A DNA stretch of 37,225 nucleotides from a bacterium (GTDB lineage: Bacteria > Hinthialibacterota > Hinthialibacteria > Hinthialibacterales > Hinthialibacteraceae): the NCBI GenBank assembly GCA_041946805.1, contig JBHGBC010000049.1, positions 1 through 37,225 of the forward strand, written 5' to 3'. This document shows, in pieces, positions 35,230 to 37,225 of the stretch; the stretch's first letter is position 1; every line of letters begins with the position of its first letter. A program made the position numbers and the translations under genes. The notes beneath the pieces are model-generated. The model had not been told where the DNA came from. It ran no database searches and saw only the letters and a program-made list of their open reading frames with translations.

Positions 35230-37110
35230 TCACTCCTCCCCTTTTGGTTTCCAGATCTCCTGAAATAAATCTTTGGCGTCCGGATCGCGGACCAGGTCGA
35301 TGTAACGCGGCCCATCGGCATATTCGATCACGGCCTTCTCGATCAGTTCGCCTTTGACCACCAGCAGATCGATCTTCCGGGCGGCCACGCTTTCGGCGAT
35401 GGCGTCTTCCAATCTTTCCTGGCTGAATTTTTTGTTGTTCACTCCCAGAATTTCCGCGCCGTCATAAAGGCCCGCGGCGTCGGCGGCGCCGCCCGGGACC
35501 ACGGCCTGGATTTTCCCATCCCCGCCGACCTGCATACCCAGGGAAGTAAAGGCCATGTCCTTGTCGAAATCAGTGGGCTTGTGGCTGTATTGCAGCCGGT
35601 AGCCGCAGCGGGTGAGAAATTCCAAGGGCAGGTGTTCTTCCGCGGCCCGCACGCGCTTTTCAATCAATCCGGCCCAATCATACGAGTGGAGTTCATTCAA
35701 CGCGGCCACGATGTCCGCCTCGGTATAGCCCACCACCGTTTTGCCCTCCTCGTGGCGGCCCAGAAACCGTTTACAGAAATCGTCCAGGCTGATTTTACCC
35801 TCGCTCTCTTGGCGCAGGATGGCATCGATCTCCAACCACAGCATCGCGCCTTCGTTGTAGTAATCCTGCGCCCTTTGCAGGTAGCGCCAGTTCCGGCTGC
35901 CGCCCCGCCGGATCTGGGTGGACGCGGCGGTATCTTCCAGGGGGATGGTCCGCCGCCCCTTCTGGTTGATATGGGCTCTGATCATCGCCGCCACATCCTC
36001 CAAGGCGGCCTGGTATGGGGTTTTATCCTTCACGGCGTTCAAGCCCGAACGCGCCCACAACACCTTGCCGAGGTACTGGTCCAGCCCCTCGTACACCCAC
36101 AGCAGCCGCGTATCGCGGGGCGTGTTGAAGTTGGGAGTGATCATCCCCGCCGGCGTATGGTATTTCCCACACCAACCATGGGCATACTCATGGGAGAGAA
36201 CCCCGGGAACCGGCCCCTCGCCGGTCATCGCCTTCTCGGGCGACGCGTTCAGACTGGAGCGCAGATGTTCCATGCCGATGCCGGGGATTGAGTCGCTCAA
36301 TACGTGCAGCAGGTGATATTCATCGAAATGAAATACCCCGAACAGCGCGTAGGCTTCCCGCGCCATTTTTTTTAATTTCTGGATCTTGGCGTCCTCGATG
36401 TCGATGGCGCGGCTCGATTCGGAGACCACGTGATAAAAATGCGGCCGGTATTCCTTCCCATCGGGAGTAATGTCATAGGTCCGGAAATGCTCCCCGCAGA
36501 TCAAGGGACTGTCCACCAGATCCTCGAAAGAGAGGCTTTCGAACTGGATCGTGTCGCCGTTAACGCTCTTGGATTTCAGGGACGCGCCCCATTTCCAGCC
36601 GGCCGGCAGAGTCAGGGTGAGATTGACCTGGGTTTCACGCGCGGGGACGTCCGCCGGGTAGAGGAGAAAGGTGTTCCAGCTGAGGATGCCCAGGAACGGC
36701 GAGCCGTACGAATCCACGCCGGTGGAGAGCCGGGACGGTTGATTGCATATATACGTAGTGCGAACAATGATGCGTTTGGCGTTGGCCGGGGCATCCACGA
36801 AAAAATGGACCACGTCGAGCGGATCGCGCCGCCAGGGGACGGGTTGGCCATCGGGAGTCTGGACGGCGATCTCGGCCAGGTTGGCGATGGGCCCGCCGGG
36901 CGCGTGGATTCCCGGAATCCATTCGGGATAGAACAGTTCGAAGGTCCCGCCCCGGACTGTGTATTCCGTTTCCGTATGGATCAGCCCGCGGGGAAGATCG
37001 GAGCCGTCCACCCGGGTTTTCATCTCCGCCGCCTGGCCGGATTCAACCACGAACGGTGTGATCAAAATCCACAAGAACACGGATATAACAAAGGATTTAA
37101 AATGATTCAT
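35230..37110 (-). CDS. M61 family (glycyl) aminopeptidase with PDZ domain
   Basis: Signal peptide, PEWIPG, LVDSP, GMEH, HEYAH zinc motif, LWVYEG, DYYNEG, and a C-terminal PDZ (GGAADAAGL). Confidence 0.92.
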   Translation of the reverse strand: MNHFKSFVISVFLWILITPFVVESGQAAEMKTRVDGSDLPRGLIHTETEYTVRGGTFELFYPEWIPGIHAPGGPIANLAEIAVQTPDGQPVPWRRDPLDVVHFFVDAPANAKRIIVRTTYICNQPSRLSTGVDSYGSPFLGILSWNTFLLYPADVPARETQVNLTLTLPAGWKWGASLKSKSVNGDTIQFESLSFEDLVDSPLICGEHFRTYDITPDGKEYRPHFYHVVSESSRAIDIEDAKIQKLKKMAREAYALFGVFHFDEYHLLHVLSDSIPGIGMEHLRSSLNASPEKAMTGEGPVPGVLSHEYAHGWCGKYHTPAGMITPNFNTPRDTRLLWVYEGLDQYLGKVLWARSGLNAVKDKTPYQAALEDVAAMIRAHINQKGRRTIPLEDTAASTQIRRGGSRNWRYLQRAQDYYNEGAMLWLEIDAILRQESEGKISLDDFCKRFLGRHEEGKTVVGYTEADIVAALNELHSYDWAGLIEKRVRAAEEHLPLEFLTRCGYRLQYSHKPTDFDKDMAFTSLGMQVGGDGKIQAVVPGGAADAAGLYDGAEILGVNNKKFSQERLEDAIAESVAARKIDLLVVKGELIEKAVIEYADGPRYIDLVRDPDAKDLFQEIWKPKGEE

Positions 37111-37177
37111 TCTCCGATACCTCTTTTACATGACGCTCCGGTAAAAAAGTGAAAATGCAACTGAGATGTTCTATACA

Positions 37178-37202
37178 TTGTGGTGCAGGCATCCTGCCTG
37201 CA
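37178..37202. repeat. REP-like palindrome identical to 13663-13687
   Basis: Exact 25-bp match, ttgtggtgcaggcatcctgcctgca. Confidence 0.8.
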
Positions 37203-37225
37203 ACCATATATTGCGCAGACAAGAT

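Overview
GC-rich (roughly 60%) bacterial chromosomal window with about 30 protein-coding genes. I saw no rRNA, tRNA, CRISPR array, phage gene or intact transposase. Most genes are housekeeping or metabolic: two SDRs, an ABC exporter half, a polysaccharide deacetylase, dGTPase, LarB, a sugar isomerase, SPFH, a PduO-type adenosyltransferase, MsrP, an NDP-sugar epimerase, PolX, a hybrid histidine kinase, ThrB and an M61 peptidase. The style of the pseudopilin-like proteins suggests an uncultured diderm lineage such as Sumerlaeota or Hinthialibacterota, which is inference only. Five things stand out. (1) A specialised Hsp70 module at 7846-13470: a J-domain/TPR protein with HPD changed to NPE, a short GrpE, a divergent DnaK with a remodelled interdomain linker, and a membrane-anchored TPR/coiled-coil protein. 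(2) A two-gene operon of fusion proteins at 29954-33778: a TIM-barrel isomerase fused to a Cgl0159-like aldolase, and an apparently inactive transketolase-like domain fused to a PLP aminotransferase. (3) Three proteins with GspG/pseudopilin-like heads, two lacking a prepilin leader, one of them fused to a FecR-like domain. (4) A frameshifted MNT antitoxin whose probable HEPN partner is replaced by repeats. (5) Intergenic regions filled with several REP-like palindrome families, some enclosed by a recurring 22-bp inverted-repeat pair. All family assignments come from reading motifs by eye, not from database searches.
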